Origin: Negaprion brevirostris
Lineage: Eukaryota
NCBI GenBank assembly: GCA_030324005.1
Contig: JARDVH010000001.1
Span: 66,166,622-66,230,621, forward strand
Direction of reading: 5' to 3'
Length of the DNA stretch: 64,000 nt
Shown here: in pieces, positions 49,555-62,320 of the stretch
Layout: each line of letters begins with the position of its first letter
Position numbering within the stretch: position 1 is the stretch's first letter
Position numbers and translations under genes: made by a program
The notes under the pieces: model-generated
Database searches by the model: none
What the model saw: only the letters and a program-made list of their open reading frames with translations
Told to the model about the DNA's origin: nothing

Positions 49555-50077
49555 AATTGAATTGACTTACTGAATTGAATTGATTTATTTATTGTCACAT
49601 GTATTGTAGTACAGTGAAAAATATTGTTTCTTGCGTGCTATACAGGCAAAGCATAACATTCATAGAGTACATAGGGGGAAGGAAAGGATAGGGTACAGAA
49701 TATTGTGTTACAAACGCAATATACAATATATAGCTATGGTGCAAAGAAAGAAGAGCTTAATATGTGATAGGTCCATTCAAAAATCTGATGGTGGTAGGAA
49801 AGAAGTTCTTGAGTCGGTTGGCACGTGTTCTCATACTTTTGTGTCTTTTTCCTGACAGAAGAAGGTGGAAAAGAGTATGTGCGGGGTGCATGGGGACCTT
49901 GATTATGCTGGTTGCTTTTCCGAGGCAGCAGGATGTTTAGACAGAGTCAATGGATAGGGCGCAATTTGCATGATGGCCTGGGCTACTTTCACAACTCTTT
50001 GTAGTTTCCTGTGGTCTTAGTCAGAGCAGGAGCGACACCAAGCTGTGATGCATCCGGAAAGGACACTTTCTGTGGCA
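49555..50077 (-). mobile_element. Rex1/Babar-like LINE 3' end
   Basis: Colinear with 3143-3606; (AATTG)n tail at ~49552-49585. Confidence 0.7.
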
Positions 50078-50206
50078 TAGAACCATAGAACCATAGAAAA
50101 TTACAGCTCAGAAACAGGCCTTTTGGCCCATCTTGTCTGTGCCGAACCATTTTTTGCCTAGTCCCACTGACCTGCACTTGAACCGTATCCCTCCACACCC
50201 CTCTCA
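50077..50206 (-). mobile_element. Short CR1-type 3' tail insertion
   Basis: (CATAGAAC)n tail followed by ACAGGCCTTTTGGCCC. Confidence 0.75.
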
Positions 50207-50549
50207 AGGACAGGCTTTTGGTGATCTGAATACCTAGGAACTTTTAGCTCAAAACCGTCTCTACTTAGCTGCTTGACTTTTGAATTTTCCTTTTCTATCC
50301 TTTTAGAAACAAGCATTATTAACCTTTTCATGTTTTTTGATGTTTTTTACTCCTACAATTGATTTTGGGACCTTTTTGCTGCTTTCAAAACAGTTTCACT
50401 GTAGCCATAGTTATTTTGCAGCTAGAGGATAAAGTGGAGACAACCAGGAAGCAGAAGAGAGTCAGAACAGCTGGGGAAATAAGAGGAGAGCGTTCGTTAC
50501 AGAGGCAGCCATACCTACAGTCAGCCCCCAGGGAGTAGGTCTCTCACCT

Positions 50550-50745
50550 AAATTTCACAGAAGTTTCGGACATCTTAAAGGAAACTATTATCAATTATAA
50601 CACCTGCTGCAGCCCCAATTCAAGCCTTGAATGAAAGCATGATCAGCACATTGGTATTAAACTTCTATGCGACAGGCCATAGCAGGTAACACAGCAACAT
50701 CTCCAGGTTTGCAGCCCACCATTTTATCAAGGAGGAAGCCAGAAG
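50550..50745 (+). pseudogene. Harbinger transposase N-terminal remnant
   Basis: TTAAACTTCTATGCGACAGGC = LNFYATG, followed by NISRFAAHHFIKE. Confidence 0.55.
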
Positions 50746-51526
50746 GAACACCCAGATGGAGGAGAAGCATGTGCTAGCTGTTCCAAAGGCTTCCTCTTAG
50801 GACCTCTCATTTTCCCCTAAGCCATAGACCACATTGCCTCCAGTAGGCATGATTGAGGACATTGCCCAGCATCTATGCAGAACACCGTGAGCAGAAAGGA
50901 GCTTCAAACCTCCAGAGGCAAAAGTCATCACTGACAACAGGGCATCATACTCAGCAGTCTGTCTCTACCTCTGCTGCTCATATCAGGTTTGCAGCAAGGC
51001 ATAGTGGTAGGAAAAGAAAATTTACTTCAGAATTTATGACAGCACAAATGTGGCATTGGTATTTTTACAAAATTTACTTGGCCATATGTAAATATTATTG
51101 GCACGTCGTTAGTATTTGGTAATATTTCCCTACGTCATCTTCCAGTCAGGAAATTTCACACAAAGTGAACAATTAGTGCGGTCCATGGTCAATAGATTTT
51201 CCTTAAAAGAATCCTTATGGTGATCCTTGTTGTACAATATGTTTTCCACTTTATTCCTGTACGCATTGTTAACTTCTTTATGGACTTTAATAGTTAAAGA
51301 ACTAACAATTATTGTCACTCACTGATGGCTGCAGAGCAATGTTAGACATCTTCCTTATTGTGTAGGTGACTATGATGTGTGTTTCTGATCAACCTTTATT
51401 TCACCTCTAGCGTCATGTTCATGTTTGAGTTCATTTTGATGCTTTCCAGTCTGTGGGACTTAGAGGAAGATATGGGCTCTGCAGTCACTTCATTATATAC
51501 AGCATTAGAAAATTATCTGAGATTAA

Positions 51527-51800
51527 GGGTGGCACGGTGGCATGGTGGTTAGCACTGCTGCCTGACAGCATCAGGGACCTGGTTTGATTCCTGGTTTGCA
51601 TCACTACCTGTGCAGAGTCTGCACATTCTCCCCGTGTCTGTATGGGTTTCCTCCGGGTGTTCTGGTTTCTTCCTACATTGGCCATACTAAATTCACCCTC
51701 AGTGTACCCAAACAGGTGTCAGAGTGTGGTGTCTCGAGGAGTTTCACAGTAACTTTATTGCAGTGTTAATGTAAACCTACTTGTGACACGAATAAATAAG
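51527..51800 (+). mobile_element. HE1-like SINE, alternative-tail subfamily
   Basis: GGGTGGCACGGTGGCATGGTGGTTAGCACTG...CTACTTGTGACACGAATAAATAA. Confidence 0.88.
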
Positions 51801-52164
51801 CACATAAATAATGTTAGAGAGGGACAGTGAACTGTCTTACAAGAAGTCAAGCTGCAGCAAGTTCTGAGATTTCAGTTATTATTGGCTGTTTGAGTATGTC
51901 CACTGGCACATTAGTTCTCCTGTTTAACAGCATTCCGCAGTGAGCATATGTAACGGGCATCCACTCACCTTGTCATTCTGGGTGATAGAGGAGGCAGGTC
52001 CAGAAGGAGTTCCTGAAAAGGGATGGGGAATGTTTGGCACTGGTGAAGTTAGGAGGATAGTCATCAAGAAATCTATCCCAGTAATGAGTTAAACCCTGGA
52101 TTGTCCCTGGTATTCCTGACACTTCTCCCCATGGCATTGGCATCCATTAGATACTCATATGCAA

Positions 52165-52443
52165 TCATGCCATCTTCCTCAGGCGCACCTCATTCATCCT
52201 TACCCAGGCAGGAATGTTTTTCCTCCTTATCATCCTACCACAAGGGGTGCATCGCCATAAACATACCATGATTGTCTGTGACACCCTGTGTGGTGCACAT
52301 TGCAGAGCCTGCCTGGACCTATCAAGGCACTGGAAGTGCACTTTCAACATGCCAATGACCTTTTCAATGATGGCTCTTGCAGACAAGTTAACTTTGTTAT
52401 AGCACCATTCCTCTGCGCTGTGGGAATTCCCCTCTAGTGTCAT
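52165..52443 (-). pseudogene. Harbinger (HARBI1-like DDE) transposase C-terminal remnant
   Basis: YNKVNLSARAIIEKVIGMLKVHFQCLDRSRQALQCAPHRVSQTIMVC matches YN..H...R..IE..IG.LK.RF.CLDRS.G.LQ..P.RV..II..C. Confidence 0.8.
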
Positions 52444-52581
52444 TCATCAGGTCTGGGGGAATCACTGCCATTCTCCTGCTCTCCTTCCTAGTGCTCATCT
52501 CAGACAAAACTGCACAAAATCAATGATGCACACCATCTTAACCTTGAAGGTAGGACTTAATTTCAAAAAGTTTTAATATAT

Positions 52582-52882
52582 TCATAGAATCCATAGAATC
52601 TCTACAATGCAGAAGGAGGCCATTTGGCCCATCAAGTCTGCACAGACCACAATCCCATGCACATATTTACCCAGCTAATTCCCTGCACCGGGGTCAATTT
52701 AGCATAGCCAATCAACCTAACATGCACACCTTTGGACAGTGGGAGAAAACTGGAGCATCCAGAGGAAACCCATACAGACACGGGGAGAAAGTGCAAACTC
52801 CACACAGACAGTGACCCGAGGTCGGAGTTGAACCCGGGTCCCTGGCGCCGTGGGGCAGCAGTGCTAACCACTGTGCCTATGC
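52582..52882 (-). mobile_element. HE1 SINE
   Basis: (CATAGAATC)n tail, central domain, head with B-box-like GGTTCAACTCC. Confidence 0.9.
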
Positions 52883-53900
52883 CACATTCATGGCATGCAA
52901 ATATATTACAAGTAAAACGTATAACGAGATGGCCCAACCCACCACTGTCACACCACCAACTTTTCTTTCATTCGGAACTGTCATCATTTCATCATTTTGG
53001 TCCGAGTTGATTAACTCACCCTGCCTGATCATTCCCCCACTTCCAGAGTTTTCATTAAATTCCGCCCTTTTGAGTGTTTTCACCGAAAGGACACTGCCCA
53101 CTCCAGGTAAATCACACAAATAAAAACTCACTATAGGAAGTTCTTGTGTAAGTGGACACAGGGAAGATTGCAGAGGCAGAGGCTGGGTGCTGAGAGGCAA
53201 TGGAGGCATTTGAAAAGGATGAGGATTTAAAATTCAATCAGTTTTAGCGAGGTGAGTCAGTGTAGGTCAGTTAGACCCAGATTGTTTAGTTAAAAGTAGT
53301 TCGAGCCCATCTGCAGTAGATTAAAACCTTTAGTGCCCAAAGGGTTTTGCTGTTCAGATCACAGCATGGCTGTGAAGCTCCATTGGTATTGAAAACACTT
53401 TAAAGATTAGCTGTTACAGCCTAACAGTCACAGCCAGACAGACTAGCTGAAAAAAAAGCATTGATACATGATCCAGAAATAATTTCACACAATAGGAGGC
53501 TTATGACAAATTTCAGCTGCTTTAATGATAAATAAACTGTTAGAAATGACCAATTGTTCATCAGCAAGAGACCAGGAGATCTTAGAAACCTGGAAGCAAA
53601 AGAGTTCATGATGGCCTGTGCAGCCTCCTGAGGAAAAATGAAAGAGAATTAATGATCTGGCTGAGACCTATTTTCCTTCCAGTGCAACCTATTGCCAAGC
53701 CAGTAATCAATCAAAGGTCAAAATTTAATCTCCAAAGTAATTTCATTTGATTCCATAATAACCATTTATTCTTTGAAAACCATTAACACAACCGCTGCTT
53801 TAAGAGCTCAAGCACTCCAGTGAAAGCCATTAATTAATAAAACTGTCAGTCATTTCACATATTAGTCATTGATATAATGTTGTTTCTGAGACACCTCATT

Positions 53901-54050
53901 GCAGGAGTTCACCAAGGCCCCAAATCTCCGATTTTGTTCACCCTGCGACCACTGCCAGTTAGAGTGGAGAATTTGGCGCTCAGCCAAAACTCTATTCACT
54001 GCAGCGGGACCGTAAAATCTCAATCACAGGCTGGGTTGGAGAATTCCCAC
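53901..54050. repeat. Short MITE-like element (same family as 12194-12328)
   Basis: Shared core sequence and inverted ends. Confidence 0.6.
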
Positions 54051-54249
54051 TGATTTCTCTAAGGCAAGAAATAACTCCTGTTTTAATTTTACTCAGGTAC
54101 TAATCTAAACTCAGAAGCAGTTTGGAGCTTAGATTTCCCTTTGTAAATTAGACCTATCTTTAGATATATTCAACTTTATTTTGTTCATATGTCAATATAG
54201 TTTATTTCTGTTTTGAACTACATTGTTTATACACGTCTTCATATGTTTC

Positions 54250-55178
54250 AGCGAATGTCTAGTCTATTGTTTTCATCATTTTGGTGGAAAAATGGGTAGG
54301 TGACTTATTATCTGAATGGGGAGAGACTTTGGATTGCTCTGGTGCAGCTGGATCTGGGTGTCCTTATTCATGAGTCACAGAAAACTAGCATGCAGGTACA
54401 GCAGATAATAAAAAAAAGAATAAAATGTTGGCATTTATGGTAAAAGGAATAGAATGTAAAGGTAAGGCTGTACTGTGCAACTATACAAGGTATTGGTGAG
54501 ACCGTTCCTGGACGATTGTGCACAGTTTTGGTCCCATTATTTGAGGAAAGGTGTAGTGGCATTGGAGGCAGTTCAGAGGAAGTTCACAACATTGATTCCA
54601 GCGATGACGGGTTTGTCGTATGAAGAGAGATTGAACAGTTTAGGCCTATACTCTCTGGAATTTAGAAAAATGAGGGGAGATCAAATAGAGGTATATAAGA
54701 TAATAAAAGGTCTGGATAAAGTATGACATGGAGCGGATGCTTCCGTTGAAGGGGCATTCTAGGATCAGAGGATAAGAGGTAGCAATTTAAAACAGAGTTG
54801 AGGAGAAACTGCTTCTCCCAAAGGGTTGTGAATCTGTGGAATTTGCTACCCCAAAGTGCAGTGGATGCTGGGACAGTGAGTAAATTTAAGGAGGANNNNN
54901 NNNNNNNNNNNNNNNNNNNNNNNNNNNNNNNNNNNNNNNNNNNNNNNNNNNNNNNNNNNNNNNNNNNNNNNNNNNNNNNNNNNNNNNNNNNNNNNCAGTG
55001 GATGCTGGGACAGTGAGTAAATTTAAGGAGGAGTTAGACAGATTTTTAATTGGTAATGAGTTGAAGGGTTATAGGGAGAAGGCAGAAAAATGGGGATGAG
55101 GAACATATCAGCCATGATCGAATGGCAGAGCAGACTTGATAGGCCAAATGGCTTAATTCTGTTCCCTTATCTTATAAA
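54250..55178 (+). mobile_element. CR1 ORF2 C-terminus and 3' UTR
   Basis: LYKVLVRPFLDDCAQFWSHYLRK...LSYEERLNSLGLYSLEFRKMRGD, then RRNCFSQRVVNLWNLLP. Confidence 0.92.
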
Positions 55179-56146
55179 CTATCATTCAATTTTGCTTCTG
55201 CTCATTGATCCTCAAGCAAAGATTTATGTGAGCAGAGGCCAGTCCTTTAAGATTGCTCTTGCATACAAAAAGTTGCATACAAAAACTTAATTGCAACATT
55301 AAATCAGTTTTTAATGTGTTTACATTTCCCATTGTTTATGGAGTGATCCTGTTGTATGCTTAATCCCATTTAACAACCATCTAAAGTGAATGGAAAACAT
55401 AAAGGGCCAAAACTTTGTTCACCAGGATGAGGGGTCATATTCTACCTGTATCTGATTCTCTTGAGGCAGGCAACACAGAAATCTCATGCTGCTTCTTCCT
55501 TTGAATGAATACCGCAGACAGCCCAGTTTGACTTGCACATCTTGGCTGGAAGGTGCTCAACATGGAGCCAGACAACATTCAGAACAAGCATGTGTTCCAC
55601 CTAATCTCCAGCTCTTAAAGGCAGTCTGTCCCTTTTAAAGGGAAGATTCACTGAATAACAGTAGACTCCTGCTGCCTGTTAGTGCTGCAAGTGGAGTGAA
55701 GCACCAGGCAGCAGATGATTAGAATTGCACCATGGCACAGGCAGTGGCTCTGTAATGAATATACCTCTGTTGATACTCAAGATGTCAGCGTTCATGCTCC
55801 TACCAATGCTACTCTGCCAGTGACCTTACTGCTCCTTCTCACCCATGCCAAGATGGCACAGTCTGAAATAAGCCCTCTAGGTCCAGAGCTGCTCAAGGTC
55901 ATCCTGCAAGGCCATCAGCAGTCTCCCCCAGTGAAAATCATAGCTTTCCACCAGCCACACTGCCGCTTTTGGTTTAATATTTCTTAGGAGCACTAGGGCA
56001 GGAATTGGCAACCACAAAAGAGACATTAAGGAAATACACAAGGGTGGATAGATCATTTCTATTTGTGTAAGTGGATATCTGTTTTGAATAAAGATGCTAT
56101 GGAAAGATTATTGTTGGAAGCTTTCATTGCAGGATTAAGGCTAAAA

Positions 56147-56400
56147 GCAGAGTGGTTAGCACTACTGTCTCACAGTGCTAGGGCCTGGGGTTCAATTGTA
56201 GTCTTGGGTGACTGTCTGTGTGGAGTTTGCATGTCTTGCCCGGGTCTGTGTGGGTTTCCTCTGGGTGCTGTGGCTTTCTTCCACAGCCCAAAGACATACA
56301 GTTTGGATGGATTGGACATTCTAAATTGCCCTTTAGTCTCCAAAGATGTGTAGGTTAGGTGGATTAGCCATGATAAGTGCACAGGGTTACAGGGAGAGAA
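56147..56400 (+). mobile_element. HE1 SINE running into a gap
   Basis: GTGGTTAGCACTACTGTCTCACAGTGCTAGGG...central domain. Confidence 0.82.
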
Positions 56401-56802
56401 NNNNNNNNNNNNNNNNNNNNNNNNNNNNNNNNNNNNNNNNNNNNNNNNNNNNNNNNNNNNNNNNNNNNNNNNNNNNNNNNNNNNNNNNNNNNNNNNNNNN
56501 NNNNNNNNNNNNNNNNNNNNNNNNNNNNNNNNNNNNNNNNNNNNNNNNNNNNNNNNNNNNNNNNNNNNNNNNNNNNNNNNNNNNNNNNNNNNNNNNNNNN
56601 NNNNNNNNNNNNNNNNNNNNNNNNNNNNNNNNNNNNNNNNNNNNNNNNNNNNNNNNNNNNNNNNNNNNNNNNNNNNNNNNNNNNNNNNNNNNNNNNNNNN
56701 NNNNNNNNNNNNNNNNNNNNNNNNNNNNNNNNNNNNNNNNNNNNNNNNNNNNNNNNNNNNNNNNNNNNNNNNNNNNNNNNNNNNNNNNNNNNNNNNNNNN
56801 NN

Positions 56803-56930
56803 CATTCACGACCTTTTGTAGATCCTTGCAGTCTTGGGCAGAGCAGGAGCCGTACCAAGCTGTGATACAACCAGAGACAATGCTTTCTATGATGCATCTG
56901 TAAAAGTTGGTGAGAGCTGTGGTTGACATG
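56803..56930 (-). mobile_element. Rex1/Babar-like LINE RT C-terminal (DUF1891-like) fragment
   Basis: LTNFYRCIIESIVSGCITAWYGSCSAQDCKDLQKVVN. Confidence 0.8.
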
Positions 56931-57329
56931 AGATACTCTTTCTGAGAGTCAGTGAAGACTCAGTAGGCTGAATGGCCTCTTTCTACAATGTAGGGATTCT
57001 ATGGTTCTATGGTAACTGTGCAATGGGGTGTCCCAGTTGGATGGTGAAGTGGGAAATAGCAGAACTATGTTGGTGAAGGGATGGGTCCTCGAGGAAGCAG
57101 TGTCTGGAGCATGTGCTCTCGAGCACTCTGTATGGGATGAAGGTGTACTGGATAGCTCCTCTTGCGAGTTCTTCCTCCTCCTCATTCTGGTCATAATGGC
57201 TATGTCATCAAGGTAGCAAAGTTGTGATGAATGCAGCACCACTACCTTGCACACACATTCCAGGATAGTAGATATTCAGTGACATGGTGTACTGGGCATG
57301 TTGACACACTAATTGCACATTGATGGAAT

Positions 57330-58555
57330 AGTAGCTCTTGTGGTTTCTATATCAATTATAACCAAATTATTGACCTGGTTAGAATATTGGTTAGGCAATA
57401 GAATATGTATCTAAGTTGGAATGAAGTAACAACTGGTGCCCCACAAGGATCTGCATTCTGACCTCAACTATTCACTGTAATTATTAGTGGCTTAGATAAC
57501 ACAATAGTAAGTTTGCCACTGACACAAAGATTGATGGCACAGTAAGTCCCATAGACAGGGGCATAAAATTATAATGTGACATTGATAGATTAAGTGAATG
57601 GGCAAAAACTATAACAGAAAGATTTTGAAGTGTGAGGCCATCCATTTTGCACCAAAAAAGGATTGATCTCAGTGTTTTTAAATGGTGAATAGCTCAGAAC
57701 AATAGAGGTCCAAAGAGATTTGGAACCCTGGTTGTAAATTGTAACAGTCAGGTCTGAAAATTAATCAAAAAGGTATTGGAATAACCTTTATAACTCAAGA
57801 GTTGGAATATAAGGACAAGAGAGTTTTCCTCCAGGCATACAACGTGAGGTGAGAGCTATGTGGACTAATGTGTATAGCCCCAATACAATGTGAAAGATAT
57901 CTTGGTCTTGGAGGAGGGGGTCAGCATAGAATTATTTTGATATTCTGTCATAGAAATTGAGCACTAGCATATTGCCAGATTTCAGCAGTTAAATAATAAG
58001 GAAAGTTGACATACATTAAGCCTGGTAAAACAAACTGTATGTGTGATTTGATTGAGATTTTTAGGATTTTGAAAGCAATTGATAGATCAGGTAAAATGCA
58101 ACCTTTTCTTTTTGCTGTTGAGTGAAACAAGGGAATATAAGCTATAATACAGCTAGGCCCTTCAGGAGAAAAGTTAGGAAATCATTCTTCATGCAGAGTG
58201 TTGTATAGTCGTGGAACTCTGTCCCACCAATACAGTAAATAATTTGAGTTATTATTGTCACATGTATTGGTGTACGGTGAAAAGTACGCATGTTATACAG
58301 ATAAAGCATATCGTTCATGGAGTACATGGGCAGAAGGAAAGGAGAGGGCACAGAACGTAGTGTTACAGTCAAAGCTAAGGTGTAAAAAAAAATGCTGACT
58401 CAATTAATAATTTTAAGTCTGTGGTCAATAGATATTTGCTGACCAATGATATTAAGGAAAATAGAGCCAATGTGGTGGGTTAGGTTTAATGTGTAGATCA
58501 CTCATGCTCTTGCTGAATGATGGAACATGGTCAAGGGCCTACTTCTGTGTCTTTG
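57330..58555 (+). mobile_element. Old CR1 RT to 3' end with a nested Rex1-like tail (~58240-58385, minus)
   Basis: GGTGCCCCACAAGGATCTGCATT = GAPQGSA (degenerate GVPQGS), AAGTTTGCCACTGACACAAAG = KFATDTK. Confidence 0.7.
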
Positions 58556-59855
58556 CTGAACTAGAAGGAGTTAAAAGACACAAATTGTGTGTCGTGATAT
58601 TCTAATTTGCCAGTGATAAAGCCAGATCTTGATTGTGGAAGTCCTTGTAGCTGAAGATGCTATTGTGCAACTTGTTTACTCTTGATACCAAGGCTTCACT
58701 TGTCTTCAATCATTATGAATAAGTAGGTGCATGCAGTTGAACATGCAGTTGAACTCCCAGCANNNNNNNNNNNNNNNNNNNNNNNNNNNNNNNNNNNNNN
58801 NNNNNNNNNNNNNNNNNNNNNNNNNNNNNNNNNNNNNNNNNNNNNNNNNNNNNNNNNNNNNNAGATACCTCCTAATCTCCTTGGCATTGCATTTTCCTCT
58901 CATAACACTTCATTCACGAAATAATGGAGTTGGATTGTTTTCAAAGCAATCCCATCATCAGTCCTTTTAATTTGGCTTGCCAGCCAGTAAGGAGATCTGT
59001 AGCAGGCATCAGACAGATTAATGATGCCTGATGTGGAATGCATATTTGTTTTTAAAAGCCTTTTTCATGTTTGTTCTCCTGCTTTATCAGATCTACTGTG
59101 CTCGTAGAAATGTTCCCATTGCAATGGGCTTTCCAGCAATTTTGCAAACAATGGCTAAATGCTTTCATTTACATAGGAACCTCTTCTTCATGTTCTGAAG
59201 ACCAAAGTCCCAACAAATAAAAAACAAAAAAGAGGAAAATAGCAAACAAAAGAAAATTGCACAGAGAAGAAATATTCTTAAAAGGAATAAAAAGTCATCA
59301 AACAAAATGCTATGCCCCTTTAGGATTTCCATTATCCTGGCCCAGAGGTAGAACAGGTATGGGCCATGCTGGTATATCCGGCATGTCTTGTGTGGCTCAG
59401 TGCTGGGTAAGGCACTAACATTGGCATGTCACGTAGCAAGATGAGAACCTGTGTTAGCCACTCTCAATGAAGCATATGTTCAACTGCATGCCAACCTACA
59501 ACTGCTATTTACAGGGACAGGTGAGGTGCTTAAATCTGATTTCATCTGTAGAGAAGTTTCTGGAATGACTGACTAGGTTTATTGAGGTCTGTTGGTGAAT
59601 TTAATTCTGGTAAATTCTAACCTTCAGGAAGTGGATTCACAGCCCTTTGGCAACAATGAAAAATATCAGAGGTGATTCTTCCAAAAAAAAGCCTGAAAGC
59701 CAAATTCACATAAAACCTGGAGTAACTCGCCTTGTTTCTTTTTAGCGGGATTTTCAAAATGAATCTCCCACGTTCTGAGCGCTGCAGAGTGCCCTAGTTC
59801 CCAAAGACTTCAGTTCCAGAGACTCCAATGACATTTAAATGCAGATTTCAATATT

Positions 59856-59932
59856 TAGAACATAGAACATAGAACATTACAGCGCAGAACAGGCCCTTCG
59901 GCCCACAATGTTGCGCCGACCAGCTTTTAAAA
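59856..59932 (-). mobile_element. Young CR1-type 3' tail next to a gap
   Basis: (TAGAACA)3 followed by ACAGGCCCTTCGGCCC with CpGs intact. Confidence 0.75.
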
Positions 59933-60674
59933 NNNNNNNNNNNNNNNNNNNNNNNNNNNNNNNNNNNNNNNNNNNNNNNNNNNNNNNNNNNNNNNNNNNN
60001 NNNNNNNNNNNNNNNNNNNNNNNNNNNNNNNNGCATGCACCTAATTTAGTGCCCTCTGAGTTTGGTGGCAGGGGCATTTAGTTGGGCAGGATGGTGGCAG
60101 TGGGGACTGCACTGTCTTCCTACTCTGCACCAATTAAGTTTGTGGCTGGAAGGCTCATGGACAAGCTTCCCATTCTGCCATCAATTGAAGCCCTTAACTG
60201 GAATATTACTGTCCATTTAAGGGCCTCATCTCACCATCACTGGCATGGGACTCACCATGCATAAAGCCAAATAAGCAAACCCTGTTGGGTGTTGCTTGCA
60301 GACTTCTAGGCAGGGTCCCTCATTCAAAAGCACTTAATGCTTAATCAACGGACCCAACATTGGGAAGGAGGCTCCATTGAGAGTAACACCCTGCATTTGC
60401 TGAACCCCCTACCCCTCCACCCATGGTTTCTCCTTCCACCATCACTGACCTGTAGCATGGGTCCCTGGGCAATTCTGAGCCTCAGGTGGCCGTGTTGCCA
60501 GCAACAGAAGCCATCACTCTTCCCAATGTTGTTGCCAAGCAATGAAGAGCTGTCGGTCTCTGATTGGTCATCTGCTTTCATTAAGGAAGACCTTGACCTT
60601 GGGGAAGGCCTGCCACTGCCTAGTTAAATGTCTGATTGGCGCTTAATGATGACAGTTGCCTGAAAAGCAAGATG

Positions 60675-60708
60675 TGCCCAAGGGGGAGCGCCAGCTCCCC
60701 CTTGGGCA
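60675..60708. repeat. Perfect 15-bp inverted repeat with a 4-nt loop
   Basis: TGCCCAAGGGGGAGC-GCCA-GCTCCCCCTTGGGCA. Confidence 0.95.
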
Positions 60709-60799
60709 AACCAGTGGATATGAGTTTGCATGGCCACATTAAATTTCACTCTAACTGCTAAGCCAGGAAAGGGTATGAGGATTGTTAATTTGGTCCGCT

Positions 60800-62189
60800 A
60801 TTTAAGAAAGCTTGTAGGAAGGGTGGTAGAGATAAGCCAGGGAAGTACAAACCATTGAGTCTCACATCAGTGGTAGGGAAACTATTGGAGAAACTTCTGA
60901 AGGAGAGCATTTATCTCCACTTGGAGAGACAAAGCTTGATCAGGGATAGTCAGCATGGCTTCATCAAAGAGACGTCATGCTTAACAAATTTAAGTTAATT
61001 TTTGAGGAGGTGACCAGGTAACTAGGTAAGAAGTTAAGGGTAGTGCAGTTGATGTAGTTTATATGGATTTCAGCAAAGCCTTTGACAAGGCACATGAGAG
61101 ACTGGTAAAAAAGGTAAATGCACATGGAATTAAGACTAATTTGATAAAGTGGACTCAAAATTGGCTCATTGTAGGAGATTGAGGGTGATGACAGAAAGCT
61201 GTTTTGGTGACTGGAAGCCAGTGTCCAGTTGTGTACCATAGGGACTTCTGTTGAGTCCGCTATTATTCATCATTTNNNNNNNNNNNNNNNNNNNNNNNNN
61301 NNNNNATTGGCCACATGGTTAACAGTAAGACAGAGTGTCCTGGGCTACAAAATATAGATAGAATGATCAAATGGGCAGATAACTGGCAGATGGAATTTAA
61401 CCCTGAAAAGTGTGAGATGATGGAAGGAGAAATTTGACAAGGAAGTACTCAATAAATGGCTGAGCACTAGGATGCTCTGTGGAACATAGGGACCTTGGCA
61501 TGTTGTCCACAGATCTCTGAAGGCAGAAGGGCATGTTAGTAGGGTGGTGAAAAAGGCATATGGGGCACTTGCCTCTATCAATTGAGGTACAGATTACAAA
61601 AGCAGGAAAGTCATGTTGGAGTTGCACAGAACTTTGGTGGGGCCACAGCTAGAGTACTATGTGCAGTTCTAGTTGCCACATTATAGGAAGGATTGGATTG
61701 CGCTGGAGGAGGTGCAGAGGAGATTCATCAGGATACTGCCTGGTATGCAAAATTTAACTTATGAAGAGAGGTTGGGTAGGCTTGGATTGTTTTTATTGGA
61801 GCAGAAAAGACTGAGGGGCGACCTGATCAAAGTGTAGAAGATTATTTGGGACATGGGCAGAGTGGATAATGAGCAGCTGCTCCCCTTAGTTGAAGGGTCA
61901 TTCATAAAGGGATGTAGGTCCAAGGAAGTTTAGGAGGGATGTGATGAAAATCGTTTTTACCCAGAGGGTGGTGATGGTCTGGAATGCGCTGCCTGGGAGG
62001 GTGATAGAGGCGGGTTGCTTTGCATCCTTTAAAAAGTATCTGGATAAGCATTTGGCACACCATAACATTCAAGGCTATGGGCCAAATGCTGGTACATAGA
62101 ATTATGTGAGAGTTCAGGTGTTTCTCGCATGTTAATGCCAACTCAATGGGCTGAAGGCCTTCTTCTGCACTGTATGAGTCTATGATTCT
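60800..62189 (+). mobile_element. CR1 LINE RT to 3' tail, decayed
   Basis: KYKPLSLTSVVGKLLE, VYMDFSKAFDK and FTQRVVMVWNALP motifs; tail GGCCTTCTTCTGCACTGTATGAGTCTATGATTCT. Confidence 0.9.
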
Positions 62190-62197
62190 GTCATGAA

Positions 62198-62320
62198 TCA
62201 AACCTTGGCATGCTGAAGAAACATTTTCAATGCACGGGCAGACCACTGAACTTGCAGGAAGAGGTCACCAAGTTTGTGGTGGTCTGCTGCACATCCTCCA
62301 CAGCTTCAATAGGAACCAGA
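62198..62320 (+). pseudogene. Harbinger transposase C-terminal remnant
   Basis: QTLGMLKKHFQC...VTKFVVVCC resembles TIG.LK.RF.CL...V.KF.VVCC.LHN. Confidence 0.6.

Noticed and set aside
52165-52443. Possible domesticated HARBI1 gene
   Set aside because: Partial, with conserved residues lost, and several similarly decayed copies exist nearby; a transposon fossil.
54859-55032. 37-bp exact direct repeat CAGTGGATGCTGGGACAGTGAGTAAATTTAAGGAGGA
   Set aside because: It flanks an N-gap; most likely an unmerged contig overlap.
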